64,000 nt of DNA. It comes from a virus. The stretch is from IMG/VR virus record IMGVR_UViG_3300032897_000003, positions 1 to 64,000 of that record. One strand, given 5' to 3'. How positions within the stretch are numbered: position 1 is the stretch's first letter; every line of letters begins with the position of its first letter. The translations under genes were made by a program, and so were the position numbers. Under the pieces are notes generated by a model that saw only the letters and a program-made list of their open reading frames with translations, did no database searches and was not told where the DNA came from. Shown piece after piece: positions 28,229-38,094 of this stretch.

Positions 28229-29708
28229 TCGAGATCCTGACATCGCCCTGACGTCTGACGAGGTGCTCGACGTCATCAAGCGCACGTGCGATACCGATTG
28301 GGTGGCAGGGATGCTCGCCAGCCCGGACGGTCAGGCCATCCTAGCTGCTGCTCAAGCGATTGGGGCCAAGGTGAGCGAGGCTCTAGATGAGCAGGTAGGG
28401 GCCTGCCAGATCGGGCGGGCTCCAACGGGATCGCCCGGGACCTGCAATCTGGTGATCTCGCGGTCGAGCACCACTCCCACAGGGACGATCCCCAATGGAT
28501 TCAAGTTCGTCACCAAGCTCGGTGTCGAGCTGTTGGTAAGCGGCGACGTCGCGGTTGCGAATGGACAGGCGAACGTGACGCTGCCACTGCAAAGCCTCCG
28601 ACAGATCGACCTCGTGAACACGGTAATTGGCGCCTTCGACGACCAGCTGAAGGCGGGTGACCTCCTGGACAGCATCATCTCCTACGATAGCCCAGCGGTG
28701 GTGGACGACAGCGGGAACCCTCTGCTAGGTTTCGGGGCGGACGTCTTTGGCTACGTGTCCAGCACTCCGATTGACGGCGCGACGATGAATTGGCTCGCCG
28801 AGCACGGGAAGGAGCGTGGCTGCCTGCAGCAACCCGGAGAGGATGGTGAGGCCTACCGGGCGCGAGTGCGCCAGATTCCGGACGCGGTGACTCCGATCGC
28901 GGTGCAGACAGCTGTGCTCGGTGCGAAGTCGCAGGGACAGCTCCGGGAGCTATACGCAGTCGAGCCGATGCCTGACCAATCGAGTGTCACCGCTAGGTCG
29001 GTCATCAATTTGGTTTTCGCCGATGCTCCCTACTGTGACGACTCCTACTGCGACGATCCATTCGGAGCCGACCTGGCAGCGAAAGGTCCCTTCCGCACGA
29101 TTGAGATGCCGGATATGCGGGGCAGTCGGGCATACTTTCGCGAATCGGTCTACGGCAACCCCATCGAGACCGATGGCCTCGTGTTTTATGCCGACGAGTC
29201 CTACTGCGACGATCCGATGTGGGGCTATGCGGATGTTGGCCAGCATCCCAGTATCACGGCTGCCTTGCGCGCGATCCAGGAGGAGGCGCGATCCAAGCGA
29301 GCCGGCGGGGTGCAATTCGACCTCACGATCGAAAATGCAACGATCGCCCATGGGCAGACAGCCGCAGCCAACCCCCCCGGCTCGGCCGCCGTGATCTGGT
29401 CGCTAGAGGCTCCCAGTGGAAAGGCATGGTACATCCGCGAGGGTCTGGTCAGCTGCAACATCGACGGGGCAGGGGCCATTGACCCGGCCACCGACGAATT
29501 CCGCATTGTGATTACGCAGGTTGGCGGAGGCGTTCTCCAGTCCGACTGGTGGCACTCCATTTCTAGTCTGCCTATTCGCCGCAGCCAGCTTGAGAAAATG
29601 GGGTACTACGGGACGATCGTGGCGAAGATCGAAGGGTTGATTTACAGCTCGGTTCCCAATACCCTCAACCTCGTCGGGACATTTTGGGTTACAGAAGTGA
29701 CCCTCTGA
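28221..29708 (+). CDS. Baseplate wedge protein
   Basis: GEDGEAYRARV...AVTP motif; follows the J-like gene. Confidence 0.6.
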   Translation: MSDRDPDIALTSDEVLDVIKRTCDTDWVAGMLASPDGQAILAAAQAIGAKVSEALDEQVGACQIGRAPTGSPGTCNLVISRSSTTPTGTIPNGFKFVTKLGVELLVSGDVAVANGQANVTLPLQSLRQIDLVNTVIGAFDDQLKAGDLLDSIISYDSPAVVDDSGNPLLGFGADVFGYVSSTPIDGATMNWLAEHGKERGCLQQPGEDGEAYRARVRQIPDAVTPIAVQTAVLGAKSQGQLRELYAVEPMPDQSSVTARSVINLVFADAPYCDDSYCDDPFGADLAAKGPFRTIEMPDMRGSRAYFRESVYGNPIETDGLVFYADESYCDDPMWGYADVGQHPSITAALRAIQEEARSKRAGGVQFDLTIENATIAHGQTAAANPPGSAAVIWSLEAPSGKAWYIREGLVSCNIDGAGAIDPATDEFRIVITQVGGGVLQSDWWHSISSLPIRRSQLEKMGYYGTIVAKIEGLIYSSVPNTLNLVGTFWVTEVTL

Positions 29709-29717
29709 AAGGAACAC

Positions 29718-31187
29718 ATGCCAGGTCAAAGAACGCGAGAACAGTGGGTCAGTCGAGAGCTCGTAGTCTCAAGTGACCTGGTCCGCATCGGCCAACTCTC
29801 AGCCATGGAAGCACAGAATGCCGACGCGCTGAAGTCGATACGAAACGATGGCTACAACCCAGAGACCAACACGTTCGACGATCTCAGCGCTGCTGCTAAG
29901 GCCGCGAATTCTGGCGATCCGATGTTCGGTTTGAACCTTGCTCCGTCGCTGGACGGGATAGTCGGATCATTCGATATGACGATCGGTACCGGCGAAGGGT
30001 ATGTCGTCGGCTCCGGGACGATTCCAGGGGACGAGTCGGCGTACCAGATATGTCGTTGGGATGGACAGCGAATAGCCTGGCCAGCCGATGGCGTCCCGGA
30101 TCCGAGCCATCGCAGAATCTGTACGATCTATGCGACGCCGGGAGACGGAGCGGCGGATCCGCAGAGCCGCAATATCCTCGTCAACCCGTCGACTCGCGAG
30201 GTTGCTCCTGTTACATCGTACAAGACCAGCAAGCCCGTCGCTACGATCGCGGTAGTCGTAGGGTCGCCATCGTCGGCGCCAGTGCCTCCGACCGTGCCTG
30301 ATGGCTCGCTGCCACTTTTTGACGTCAGCGTGGAGGCTGGAGCCACAGATTCGACGGGGTTCGTCGCTGTCAGGCGTGCGTGGCGTCGGATTGAATTCCC
30401 AGGCTCCGCCATGCACGGGATCGTAGATGGCTGCGTGCCAGACCTGACGTCAGTGATGACACCGCATCTCAAGCTGAGCGCCCATCGTTTGGTCATCGAT
30501 GGCGAGATGCTCGCCTTTGCTACGGCAATCTCCGTCTTTTTCAGCACGGACACGGCGAATAATCCCGGCGCCGCGCCGGCTGGGAATGACCTACCGACGT
30601 ATCTCTACCTTTGCGGTGGCAGGCATCAGCCGGTCACAGTGATGGGTATTCCGGTGGCGATCATCGAAAGCGCGACGCCTCCAGACCAGTTCGGCTATCC
30701 CACGGCAGATCTCGGTATGGCTGGAAACCTGTACTTCCACGCAGTGACCTTCCCGCGGGCTGCCTGTTGTTTCATCGGGGTGAAGTTCCGCGGAGCTGGC
30801 AGCTCCAACGGAGTTCCCTGTTATTACTCAGGAGATTGGATCTATCCGACCCGCTTGAGCTCATTTGTACAGCCAGTGGTCAGCACTGACTCGTCGTCTG
30901 GATACCAGGCTGTTACGATGCCGACCATACCGGCATGCTCGACAGATATGCTGTTGCGATTGTTTTTCACAGGAACGGCGAGCCCGTACGTATCGGTGGC
31001 GACCGCCACGTCCGACACAGACATTGTGCTGCTGGCTGTGAAGTATGGCGGAGCCACGGTGGGGGTAAGTACGATCACGGGTCACTGCCTTGCGCTGGGC
31101 ACGCTTTACCACAAGGGACTCACGAGTCCTGACAGTATCTACATCAAGGCCGCCGGCTTCAACATGAATGTGCCCAGACTGAAGTAG
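29718..31187 (+). CDS. Putative tail fibre / baseplate protein
   Basis: Position; APVPPTVPDGSLPL motif. Confidence 0.55.
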   Translation: MPGQRTREQWVSRELVVSSDLVRIGQLSAMEAQNADALKSIRNDGYNPETNTFDDLSAAAKAANSGDPMFGLNLAPSLDGIVGSFDMTIGTGEGYVVGSGTIPGDESAYQICRWDGQRIAWPADGVPDPSHRRICTIYATPGDGAADPQSRNILVNPSTREVAPVTSYKTSKPVATIAVVVGSPSSAPVPPTVPDGSLPLFDVSVEAGATDSTGFVAVRRAWRRIEFPGSAMHGIVDGCVPDLTSVMTPHLKLSAHRLVIDGEMLAFATAISVFFSTDTANNPGAAPAGNDLPTYLYLCGGRHQPVTVMGIPVAIIESATPPDQFGYPTADLGMAGNLYFHAVTFPRAACCFIGVKFRGAGSSNGVPCYYSGDWIYPTRLSSFVQPVVSTDSSSGYQAVTMPTIPACSTDMLLRLFFTGTASPYVSVATATSDTDIVLLAVKYGGATVGVSTITGHCLALGTLYHKGLTSPDSIYIKAAGFNMNVPRLK

Positions 31188-31242
31188 TTCCCAGCGCTTG
31201 AAGCGCAGTAGTTGCAGTAGTCCCTGAAAATTGAGGTTGTTG

Positions 31243-31608
31243 ATGTCCCACAAGAAATTGAGCGATACCGACGAGAATGAAGCGGTACCAGAATCCGTTG
31301 GTGCGGTGGCGCAGGTGCCAGTTGGGATTGAAGACCTCATTGACATGAGATCGGGGGCGAAGGTGTCCAGGCACGCCTCGACCTGTCCGGCGGCTAAGGC
31401 CTACCAGAAGATGCTTGGGGTGGCCGCCGTTGCAGTGCTCGTCATCGGCATGATCGTGTGGCTTGGGCAGAGCGCAACCGAGAAGAAGATCGACGACGCC
31501 GTCGAATCCGCATTTCAGAAGAGGATGCCGTACATCCAATTGCTGATCAAGCAGGAGCGGGCCGGTATGTCGCTCGTGCCGAGCGCTGCTGCCGCCACAT
31601 CAAAATAG
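31243..31608 (+). CDS. Single-TM membrane protein (possible holin)
   Basis: One hydrophobic helix; directly before the amidase. Confidence 0.45.
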   Translation: MSHKKLSDTDENEAVPESVGAVAQVPVGIEDLIDMRSGAKVSRHASTCPAAKAYQKMLGVAAVAVLVIGMIVWLGQSATEKKIDDAVESAFQKRMPYIQLLIKQERAGMSLVPSAAAATSK

Positions 31609-31616
31609 GAGGGACC

Positions 31617-32195
31617 ATGCTGGACCAGATTCCGTTTGTGCAGGCTCGTTATTGGAAGGCAGCTGACCGTGCCGACGTGAAGTACGTCGTGATCCACACG
31701 ATGGAGTTGCCCTGCCAGGTTGGCATCGCCGAGCGGCTCGCCGATCGCATGGCTGCGCTTCCGGCGGGGCTGCCAAAAGAAAAACAGAAGTCGGCTCACT
31801 ACTACATCGACCCGGACGAGATCTACCAGGGCGTGATCGAGAAGCATGTCGCCTTCCACTGCCGCAAGGCCAATCGCGAAGGTATCGGGATCGAGCACTC
31901 GGCTTACGCGTACGACGTGTTCGCAGAGGGCAAGATGATTGCGCGCGCGACCGACTTTGCCAGTCCGGAGGCGCTAGCCATGCTCGAGCGCTCCGCCGAG
32001 CTCGTGGCGAGTATTTGCAAGCGGTGGAGCATTCCGGTCGTGCGGTTGATGCCGGGCCAGATTGCCAGCGGACGAGGCATCGTTGGCCACGTCGACGTGA
32101 TGACCGAGTTCCCCGGGTCTGGCACCCATCGCGATCCGGGCCCGCGGTGGCCATGGTCCATGTACCTGCAGTTGGTGAAGCAGGCGATGGCGTAA
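31617..32195 (+). CDS. N-acetylmuramoyl-L-alanine amidase (endolysin)
   Basis: VVIHTME, SAHYYI, AFH, N..GIGIEH, GH, HRDPG. Confidence 0.9.
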   Translation: MLDQIPFVQARYWKAADRADVKYVVIHTMELPCQVGIAERLADRMAALPAGLPKEKQKSAHYYIDPDEIYQGVIEKHVAFHCRKANREGIGIEHSAYAYDVFAEGKMIARATDFASPEALAMLERSAELVASICKRWSIPVVRLMPGQIASGRGIVGHVDVMTEFPGSGTHRDPGPRWPWSMYLQLVKQAMA

Positions 32196-32226
32196 GCCGC
32201 AAGCTCATCGACAATAATCACGATGC

Positions 32227-32613
32227 ATGGAAGCTCCAGTGCGTGAGAGACTGCCCTCAGAGCGAAGTGGGGTGACGAAGAAGATCCACCTGCACTACAC
32301 CGTCGAACAGCAGCTACGCGAACTGAAGCTGTATATCACGATCGGTGAGTACCCAGATGGCCGGCCGGGCGAGGTGTTCCTCAAGGTCGACAAGATGGGC
32401 TCGACGATCAGCGGCTTGATGGATGCTCTGTCGATCACGCTGTCGATCGGGCTGCAGCACGGGGTGCCGCTCGCCGAGTACCTCGACAAGCTCGTGAATA
32501 TGCGGTTTGAACCGATGGGGACGACCGAGGACGCGGACCTGCCCAGGGTGACCTCAATCGTCGATGCGGTGGCGCGGTACCTCTCCAGACGCTACCCTAA
32601 GCCTGGGGCGTGA
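32227..32613 (+). CDS. Stand-alone class II RNR C-terminal (TSCPD/NrdJb-like) domain
   Basis: RERLP, YITIGEYPDGRPGEVF, SIGLQHGVPL, RFEP.G, TSIVD. Confidence 0.8.
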   Translation: MEAPVRERLPSERSGVTKKIHLHYTVEQQLRELKLYITIGEYPDGRPGEVFLKVDKMGSTISGLMDALSITLSIGLQHGVPLAEYLDKLVNMRFEPMGTTEDADLPRVTSIVDAVARYLSRRYPKPGA

Positions 32614-32683
32614 TTCCTGACGTCCTCGCACAGAGGCGTAACTATTCACGAATTGGTTCGTGCGTTTTCTTGTCGAATTTTAC

Positions 32684-32712
32684 TTGCGAACCTAACGAAT
32701 CTAGCGTATCTT
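32684..32712 (+). promoter_or_regulatory. sigma70-type promoter TTGCGA-N17-TATCTT
   Basis: AT-rich gap at a module boundary; a probable leaderless ATG follows at 32719. Confidence 0.55.
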
Positions 32713-32718
32713 ATGATC

Positions 32719-32994
32719 ATGATGATCAACACACGGACACAGGAGACGACGGCGACCCTCTCCTTCTTCCGCACCTTCGGCGCGACGGGACGGATTGATA
32801 CCATCGAGTTTGCTACCGGAGACGAGCTGGCGCGTTATATCGAATCCGAGCAGGGAATGGGCGAGTGGATCTACGTCACAATGGCGCGTGCTGATGCTGA
32901 GCGCCTGGGCCTGTTCCAGCATGAACTCGGGTTTTTGGCCATCCCGGCACCAGCGGCGGTCTGGGGTTGCGTGTCCATTCAGCATCTCAACTAG
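32719..32994 (+). CDS. Hypothetical early protein
   Basis: ORF directly after the promoter. Confidence 0.55.
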   Translation: MMINTRTQETTATLSFFRTFGATGRIDTIEFATGDELARYIESEQGMGEWIYVTMARADAERLGLFQHELGFLAIPAPAAVWGCVSIQHLN

Positions 32995-33096
32995 TAGGCT
33001 CCCGCGTCCCTGCCCCTCTCCGAGCCACCTCGGAGACGGACAGAGGCGAGGAGCCCCGAGCCGGCCGGTTGCCGGCGAATCCACGGAGAAAATCAC

Positions 33097-33480
33097 ATGA
33101 CCACTACCACCACTACCATCACCCACGAAGGCACCCAAATCACTGCGTCCGAGGCATCCTGGCGCGCTCTCGGATTCCAGCTGTTGCTCGATGGCAATAG
33201 CGATAGATTGATGCTAGGCGCTGGCCCGCATGGAATCGAGGCTCTGCTGTATTTTGGCATCCAACAGGCGGGCACTCGCGACGAGCGCGCCGTAATCGCC
33301 GCCATCGTCGAGCGTGATCGACGAGCCGAAGAGCGCACGAAAGCAACGGCCCAAGCCCGTCTCGCGGAATCTCTCGGAGCCCTAGCACGAGAATTCCACG
33401 CCGAGACGGCCGAACAGCTCGTAGCGCGACTGCCCGACAAGATCAGGCCGTACGTCGCAAAGATCATGCAGCAGCGATAG
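33097..33480 (+). CDS. Hypothetical early protein
   Basis: RBS GGAG. Confidence 0.65.
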   Translation: MTTTTTTITHEGTQITASEASWRALGFQLLLDGNSDRLMLGAGPHGIEALLYFGIQQAGTRDERAVIAAIVERDRRAEERTKATAQARLAESLGALAREFHAETAEQLVARLPDKIRPYVAKIMQQR

Positions 33481-33483
33481 CTT

Positions 33484-33537
33484 CCCGCGCGCTTCGGCGC
33501 GCTCTGCTCACGATCGTCGCGGGCAGAGCGGACTGAA
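33484..33537 (+). repeat. 54-nt structured intergenic repeat, copy 1
   Basis: Near-identical to 33871-33924. Confidence 0.9.
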
Positions 33538-33555
33538 GAACGGAGGGGGGTGGCC

Positions 33556-33867
33556 ATGACGACGCAAACGACGGAGACGAAGAAGATGGATTGGAACGCC
33601 ACGCGCAATTATGTCAAGAAATACTGGATTGTCGCCGAGTTGGCAGACAAGAACCTCCTGCCTAAAGACGCCGAGGCGATCGTCGCGGAATACGCGGGAA
33701 AGCTCTCGGTCAAGCAAATTGGCATCGTGTGCGGCTCGCTCGGCACCATCTGGATCGAAATCTATGTGTCAGCGTCTGACAAGGACGCTCTCTTCGTAGC
33801 GTTCGAGGCCGACGACCGGATCGCGGAGTATCACCAGAGCGGACCCGGATCCGTGTCGCCTCTGTAG
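33556..33867 (+). CDS. Hypothetical early protein
   Basis: RBS GGAGG; flanked by the two repeats. Confidence 0.7.
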   Translation: MTTQTTETKKMDWNATRNYVKKYWIVAELADKNLLPKDAEAIVAEYAGKLSVKQIGIVCGSLGTIWIEIYVSASDKDALFVAFEADDRIAEYHQSGPGSVSPL

Positions 33868-33870
33868 CAC

Positions 33871-33924
33871 CCCGCGCGCTTCGGCGCGCTCTGCCCACGA
33901 GCCTCGCGGGTGGAGCGGACCGAA
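33871..33924 (+). repeat. 54-nt structured intergenic repeat, copy 2
   Basis: Near-identical to 33484-33537. Confidence 0.9.
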
Positions 33925-33940
33925 ACACAGGAGGGGACCA

Positions 33941-34132
33941 GTGGACCAGGTACACCACACGAACGGCTCGAGAGCGCTTGCGCGGCAGCCACAGGAGCAC
34001 CTAATCGCGATGATCAGAGCGATACCGGCGAAGTACCGCCGGGCCTCCCTACGCAGGCTGCTCCGGCTGGGGAACATCAGCGAGGCTACCTACCACTCCC
34101 GAATGCGGGAGATCATGACCATCGGACTCTAG
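33941..34132 (+). CDS. Small hypothetical protein
   Basis: RBS GGAGG, GTG start. Confidence 0.55.
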   Translation: MDQVHHTNGSRALARQPQEHLIAMIRAIPAKYRRASLRRLLRLGNISEATYHSRMREIMTIGL

Positions 34133-34142
34133 GAGGACCACC

Positions 34143-34331
34143 ATGTTGCAGTTGCGCGTTGTGAAAGTGGAACGGCCAATCGGATCCATGGCATGTGCTG
34201 TCGGCGTGGACAAGAAGGGGCGCAAGGTGCGCTTCCTTGGCGACGCCCGGATGATGGTGGACGTCTCCGAGGCCCTGCGCTCCAGACGTCGGCCACGGGT
34301 GACAGTCGAGTTTTGGCAGGTCGTAGCCTAG
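34143..34331 (+). CDS. Small hypothetical protein
   Basis: RBS AGGAGG. Confidence 0.65.
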   Translation: MLQLRVVKVERPIGSMACAVGVDKKGRKVRFLGDARMMVDVSEALRSRRRPRVTVEFWQVVA

Positions 34332-34337
34332 AAGGGC

Positions 34338-34366
34338 TTGCAAGAAGACATCACGTAACTTACACT
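34338..34366 (+). promoter_or_regulatory. sigma70-type promoter TTGCAA-N17-TACACT
   Basis: Good consensus match in an intergenic gap. Confidence 0.6.
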
Positions 34367-34393
34367 ACTGAAACATCTGACGGAGGTAGGACC

Positions 34394-34588
34394 ATGCACG
34401 AGGGACCAAGTGCACTCCAGCATCGGCATCATTGCCCGCATTGCCACAGGGTGACCATCGATTCTAACCGCGACGTCGTCACTTGCAGCAACCCAGCTTG
34501 CGGCAAGCTGATCGAAACGCCACCGCAGGCGACCATGCTGCTCAGTAAGGCAGCGTTTGGGTCTCTGGTGGAGGAGTCTCAGCGATGA
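34394..34588 (+). CDS. Small Zn-ribbon protein
   Basis: CPHC...CSNPAC; RBS GGAGG. Confidence 0.6.
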   Translation: MHEGPSALQHRHHCPHCHRVTIDSNRDVVTCSNPACGKLIETPPQATMLLSKAAFGSLVEESQR

Positions 34589-34794
34589 CCGGGCGCCATT
34601 TGACAGTGAAGCTCCACGGCGGTGGAGAGGCCGAGTCGATCGATTTGGCTTACACCGGCGGTCCGGAGGGGAAGCTGCAGCTCGACATCTGGGCCCGCGG
34701 TGGCCGGCAGGATGGCGTACCTGCGATCCAGATCCTTGCGACGGGGCAGGATGTCTCCAACGTGCTGAAGGCCATCAAGTCGGTGATGCCGTGA
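34585..34794 (+). CDS. Small hypothetical protein
   Basis: Coupled overlaps at both ends. Confidence 0.55.
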   Translation: MTGRHLTVKLHGGGEAESIDLAYTGGPEGKLQLDIWARGGRQDGVPAIQILATGQDVSNVLKAIKSVMP

Positions 34795-35333
34795 GATCTG
34801 CCTACCTCACAATGCCCACGGCAGTCCGAGCTGTGGTGAACAACTACAGCGCGCGGGCCCCGTGGCTGCGAGACGACCTCGAACAGGAGGCCATCATTGC
34901 GATGATGGTCGCGAAGAAGGCGTGGAAACCCGGTCTCGCGCCGCTCGACCTGTTCCAGGCCAAGATCGTGGCGCGCGAGCTGCGCTTCTTCATCGCCCGA
35001 TCGTCGAGCCCTGTGTCGGCGACCAGGGAGGTGTTCCTCAAGCGGCAGTTTCAGACAGAGACGCTCGACCCGAGCAATGAGCTTGGGCGGGCTGTCCATC
35101 CAGCGATGGAATTCGAGATGGACCTGAAGCGGGCTGTGGCCGAGGTCGTGCGAATCCTCGACGGGGTCGACTCCGGGACTGCCGACGTCATCCTTGGCGA
35201 GTCCCCGTCCCGCGAGGTGGCGAAGTCGGCGCGACTGCCCATTCGCACGGTCTACAAGCGCGTCTGGAAGGCTCGTCAACAGCTGCACCGAAACCCGCGC
35301 CTCAAGGCGTATCTGGAAGGAGAATCCTCGTGA
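34791..35333 (+). CDS. Sigma-70/ECF-like factor
   Basis: DDLEQEA (region 2); REVAK...TVYKRVWKARQQL (region 4 HTH). Confidence 0.7.
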   Translation: MRSAYLTMPTAVRAVVNNYSARAPWLRDDLEQEAIIAMMVAKKAWKPGLAPLDLFQAKIVARELRFFIARSSSPVSATREVFLKRQFQTETLDPSNELGRAVHPAMEFEMDLKRAVAEVVRILDGVDSGTADVILGESPSREVAKSARLPIRTVYKRVWKARQQLHRNPRLKAYLEGESS

Positions 35334-35713
35334 GCACACCGATCAACGACGTCTCGATATTTGGCCAGTTTCCAGCGCCGGGGCCGCAGCCGCCCGACCC
35401 AGGATCTCCCCCACAGGTCGACACCGGCAACGGCGAAAAGGAAGCGTGGATGCGAGCCTTCCACGAGCTGGAGGAATGGCGGAGAAAGGCACGGGCACAT
35501 CTGCTCGCGGCCGAGTTGGCGCGTCTGCAGGAAGCGCGATTGCGCGAGCTCGACGGGGCCAAGGATGGTCATGTGCTCGGGCAGACCTTCGACATCGTGA
35601 CCACGCTGCTGCTCATCGGCAGCATGCTGCTCGAGAAGGAGCTCAGCCGGTCGCACGCCGCGGAAGCCTTCCAAGGCACCGAGATCGGCAAAATCCTGCA
35701 GGCGTTGGCGTAG
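35330..35713 (+). CDS. Hypothetical protein
   Basis: Coupled ORF. Confidence 0.6.
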   Translation: MSTPINDVSIFGQFPAPGPQPPDPGSPPQVDTGNGEKEAWMRAFHELEEWRRKARAHLLAAELARLQEARLRELDGAKDGHVLGQTFDIVTTLLLIGSMLLEKELSRSHAAEAFQGTEIGKILQALA

Positions 35714-35715
35714 CC

Positions 35716-35964
35716 ATGAAGACGCGCGAACGACAGCGCACGCTGATGGCAGAGAAAGGCTACCTCACGATGGATGAGGCGGCGGAGTTGGTCGGTCTCA
35801 CCCGGACTGCCATCAGTCTGTGGTGCTCGGATGGCAAGATCGAATCCACGAAGTTGGGGAAGCACCGCTACATCAAGCGGGACAGCCTCATGAGGCACTT
35901 GGGAGCCGATGCCACGCAGGCGCTCGGCCTCGTGGAAGCGAAGCCCGCCCGGGGAAAATCCTAG
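35716..35964 (+). CDS. Excisionase-like HTH protein
   Basis: YLTMDEAAELVG...WCSDGKI...GKHRYI. Confidence 0.8.
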   Translation: MKTRERQRTLMAEKGYLTMDEAAELVGLTRTAISLWCSDGKIESTKLGKHRYIKRDSLMRHLGADATQALGLVEAKPARGKS

Positions 35965-35998
35965 CGACTCCGACAATGATACTGGCCAGGAGGGATCG

Positions 35999-36985
35999 AT
36001 GAGCGACAAGACACTTGCGACCACCGCGACCCAAGAGGTGGCGAAACCAGCAGCATTCTCGTTCGATGTCGATGTCCAACGCGTGATCGCTATTCGTCGA
36101 GCCGTCGAGGAGATCATCGAGAAGGTGCTCGTGGAGGGCGAGCATTATGGGGTGATCCCAGGAACGAGCCAGCCCGACAAGAAGCCCAAGAAGGCTCTGT
36201 TGCAGCCGGGCGCAGAGGTGCTGTGCCAGGTGTTCCGCTTTCGTCCGAAGTACGTTGTCGAGACGAAGGAGGAGCGCCCGGACTTCATCCTGCGCGAGTA
36301 CCGGTGCGAGCTATACAACGTGGTGACTGGCGAGCTGGTCGGAGAGGCAATCGGCTCCGCCAATTCCCGCGAGGAGAAGTACCTCGTGCAGACGGCGGCG
36401 CGCCTCTGCCCGGTGTGTAACAAGCCGACGATCATCAAGGGCAAGGACGAGTTCGGGGGCGGGTGGCTCTGTTTCGCGAAGAAGGGCGGGTGCGGGGCCA
36501 AGTTTGTCGACGAAGACAAGAAGATCCTCGACCAGACCGGCGCCGTCAGCTCGGACAAGGTGCAGAACCTGCACAACACCATCATCTCGATTGCGCAGAA
36601 GCGCGCGTTCGTGAAGGCCACCAGGACCGCGACGGCGACGTCGAACATCTTCACCGACGAGCCAGATGATGTTCACGGAGATGACAAGGACGCTGGCGGC
36701 AAGGGGTCCGGCCAACCGCAATCAGGGAAGCCTGCCACGTCGATCAAGGCTGACGCGACGAAGATCCGCGACCTGAACTTCGCCCTGCGAGACGCCGGGA
36801 TCGGTCTCGCCGGCACGGAGAACATGGCCAAGGGGGAGAGGGATCCGGCCATCCTCAAGAACCGCCTGGAATGGATCAACGCCCGCCTGGAAGAGGCAGG
36901 CCAGACCAAGGTGTCCAGCCTGATGGACCTCACGCCAGACCAGGCCGACATGCTCATGGGCGAAGTGAAGAAGGGCGGCAAGTAG
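35999..36985 (+). CDS. Putative ssDNA-annealing recombination protein with Zn ribbon
   Basis: HYGVIPG...LLQPGAE, NTIISIAQKRAFV, CPVC...CFAKKGGC; adjacent to a nuclease. Confidence 0.55.
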   Translation: MSDKTLATTATQEVAKPAAFSFDVDVQRVIAIRRAVEEIIEKVLVEGEHYGVIPGTSQPDKKPKKALLQPGAEVLCQVFRFRPKYVVETKEERPDFILREYRCELYNVVTGELVGEAIGSANSREEKYLVQTAARLCPVCNKPTIIKGKDEFGGGWLCFAKKGGCGAKFVDEDKKILDQTGAVSSDKVQNLHNTIISIAQKRAFVKATRTATATSNIFTDEPDDVHGDDKDAGGKGSGQPQSGKPATSIKADATKIRDLNFALRDAGIGLAGTENMAKGERDPAILKNRLEWINARLEEAGQTKVSSLMDLTPDQADMLMGEVKKGGK

Positions 36986-36988
36986 TCC

Positions 36989-38044
36989 ATGGCGAAGAAA
37001 CGAACGCGCCCGAGCAGCCTGCAAATGGCCGAGAGCTGCGCCCGAGCTCCGTACCTCTCGGCGAAGTACAACCAGTCGATGGAGAACACACGGTTCGGGG
37101 GCGACGTCGACCGTCAGGTGAGCACCCTGCTGAAGGGGAATCTGGACGACCTGCCGGAGGACCAGCCGATCCACCCGGAGACTCAGATCATCCTCAACTG
37201 GCTGGCGGAGAACTATCCTGCCTCCGACTGGGAGTACCACGTGCAGGAGAAGGTCACGCTGTTAGACCCGATGTCCAGCGCTGACCCGCCGGACGAGCTT
37301 ACCAACGGCACGCCAGACCTGATCTGCGTGCACCGGACGGAGCCGATCTTCGTCGATATCGACTGGAAGTCGATCGGTCAGATGTGGGCCGCCCACCTGG
37401 CACCGCCAGACGAGAACCTGCAGCAGCTCTCCTATGTCGCCGGTTTCTGGCTAGCGTCGAGTCGCAAGTTCGAGTCGGCGAGGATCGTGCTCGCGTGCTG
37501 GGATGCCCGCGGTGTGAAGCCGCTTGAGTCGCAGCCGATCTTGGCCGACCAGCTCGGCGACATCGTGAGGAGAATCGCCGCAGTCCCCGGCATCGACCTG
37601 GAGGAAGTCCAGCCGGAGGCATCCGTGGGGGATCACTGCGACCACTGCTACCAGCGCATGCATTGCGATGCCCACCTGCTGCCGGCCGGCGCACTGGTGA
37701 AGGCTGGGCTGACGAGCGGAGAGGCTGCCGTCGCAGGATTCGAGGAAGCTTCTGGCCAACTCGACGCTGAGAGCGCTGTGCGTGCCCTGGCCTGGATGGA
37801 ACAGGCGAAGCGCGTGCTCAAATCGGCCCAGGGGATGGTCGATATCGTCGAGGCGAACGTCAACGCCTATTCCGTGCGTGAGGGACCAATCGTTGCCGGG
37901 GAGATGGCTTATGGACCATGCCTGTCAGCTGGGAAACGCATGGGGGCTACCGTGGCCACGCTCGAGAAGGAGGGTCTGCAGCGGCTTATCCGGCCGGGCA
38001 AGCCTGGCGTGCGGTACAAATGGTTCCGGAAGTCCGATCTGTGA
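36989..38044 (+). CDS. Cas4-like PD-(D/E)XK exonuclease
   Basis: GTPD, DIDWKS, QQLSY, CDHCYQRMHC. Confidence 0.75.
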   Translation: MAKKRTRPSSLQMAESCARAPYLSAKYNQSMENTRFGGDVDRQVSTLLKGNLDDLPEDQPIHPETQIILNWLAENYPASDWEYHVQEKVTLLDPMSSADPPDELTNGTPDLICVHRTEPIFVDIDWKSIGQMWAAHLAPPDENLQQLSYVAGFWLASSRKFESARIVLACWDARGVKPLESQPILADQLGDIVRRIAAVPGIDLEEVQPEASVGDHCDHCYQRMHCDAHLLPAGALVKAGLTSGEAAVAGFEEASGQLDAESAVRALAWMEQAKRVLKSAQGMVDIVEANVNAYSVREGPIVAGEMAYGPCLSAGKRMGATVATLEKEGLQRLIRPGKPGVRYKWFRKSDL

Positions 38045-38094
38045 CGTCGGGCAAACCTGACCGCAGACGACAATAATCCAGATCGAGGACACAC

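Noticed and set aside
33484-33540. Hammerhead ribozyme (CTGAAGA)
   Set aside because: The core is not conserved in the second copy and there is no correctly placed GAAA
36989-38044. Cas4 as part of a CRISPR adaptation module
   Set aside because: It sits in a recombination module with an annealing protein and an SMC-like ATPase; no cas1 or cas2 recognised
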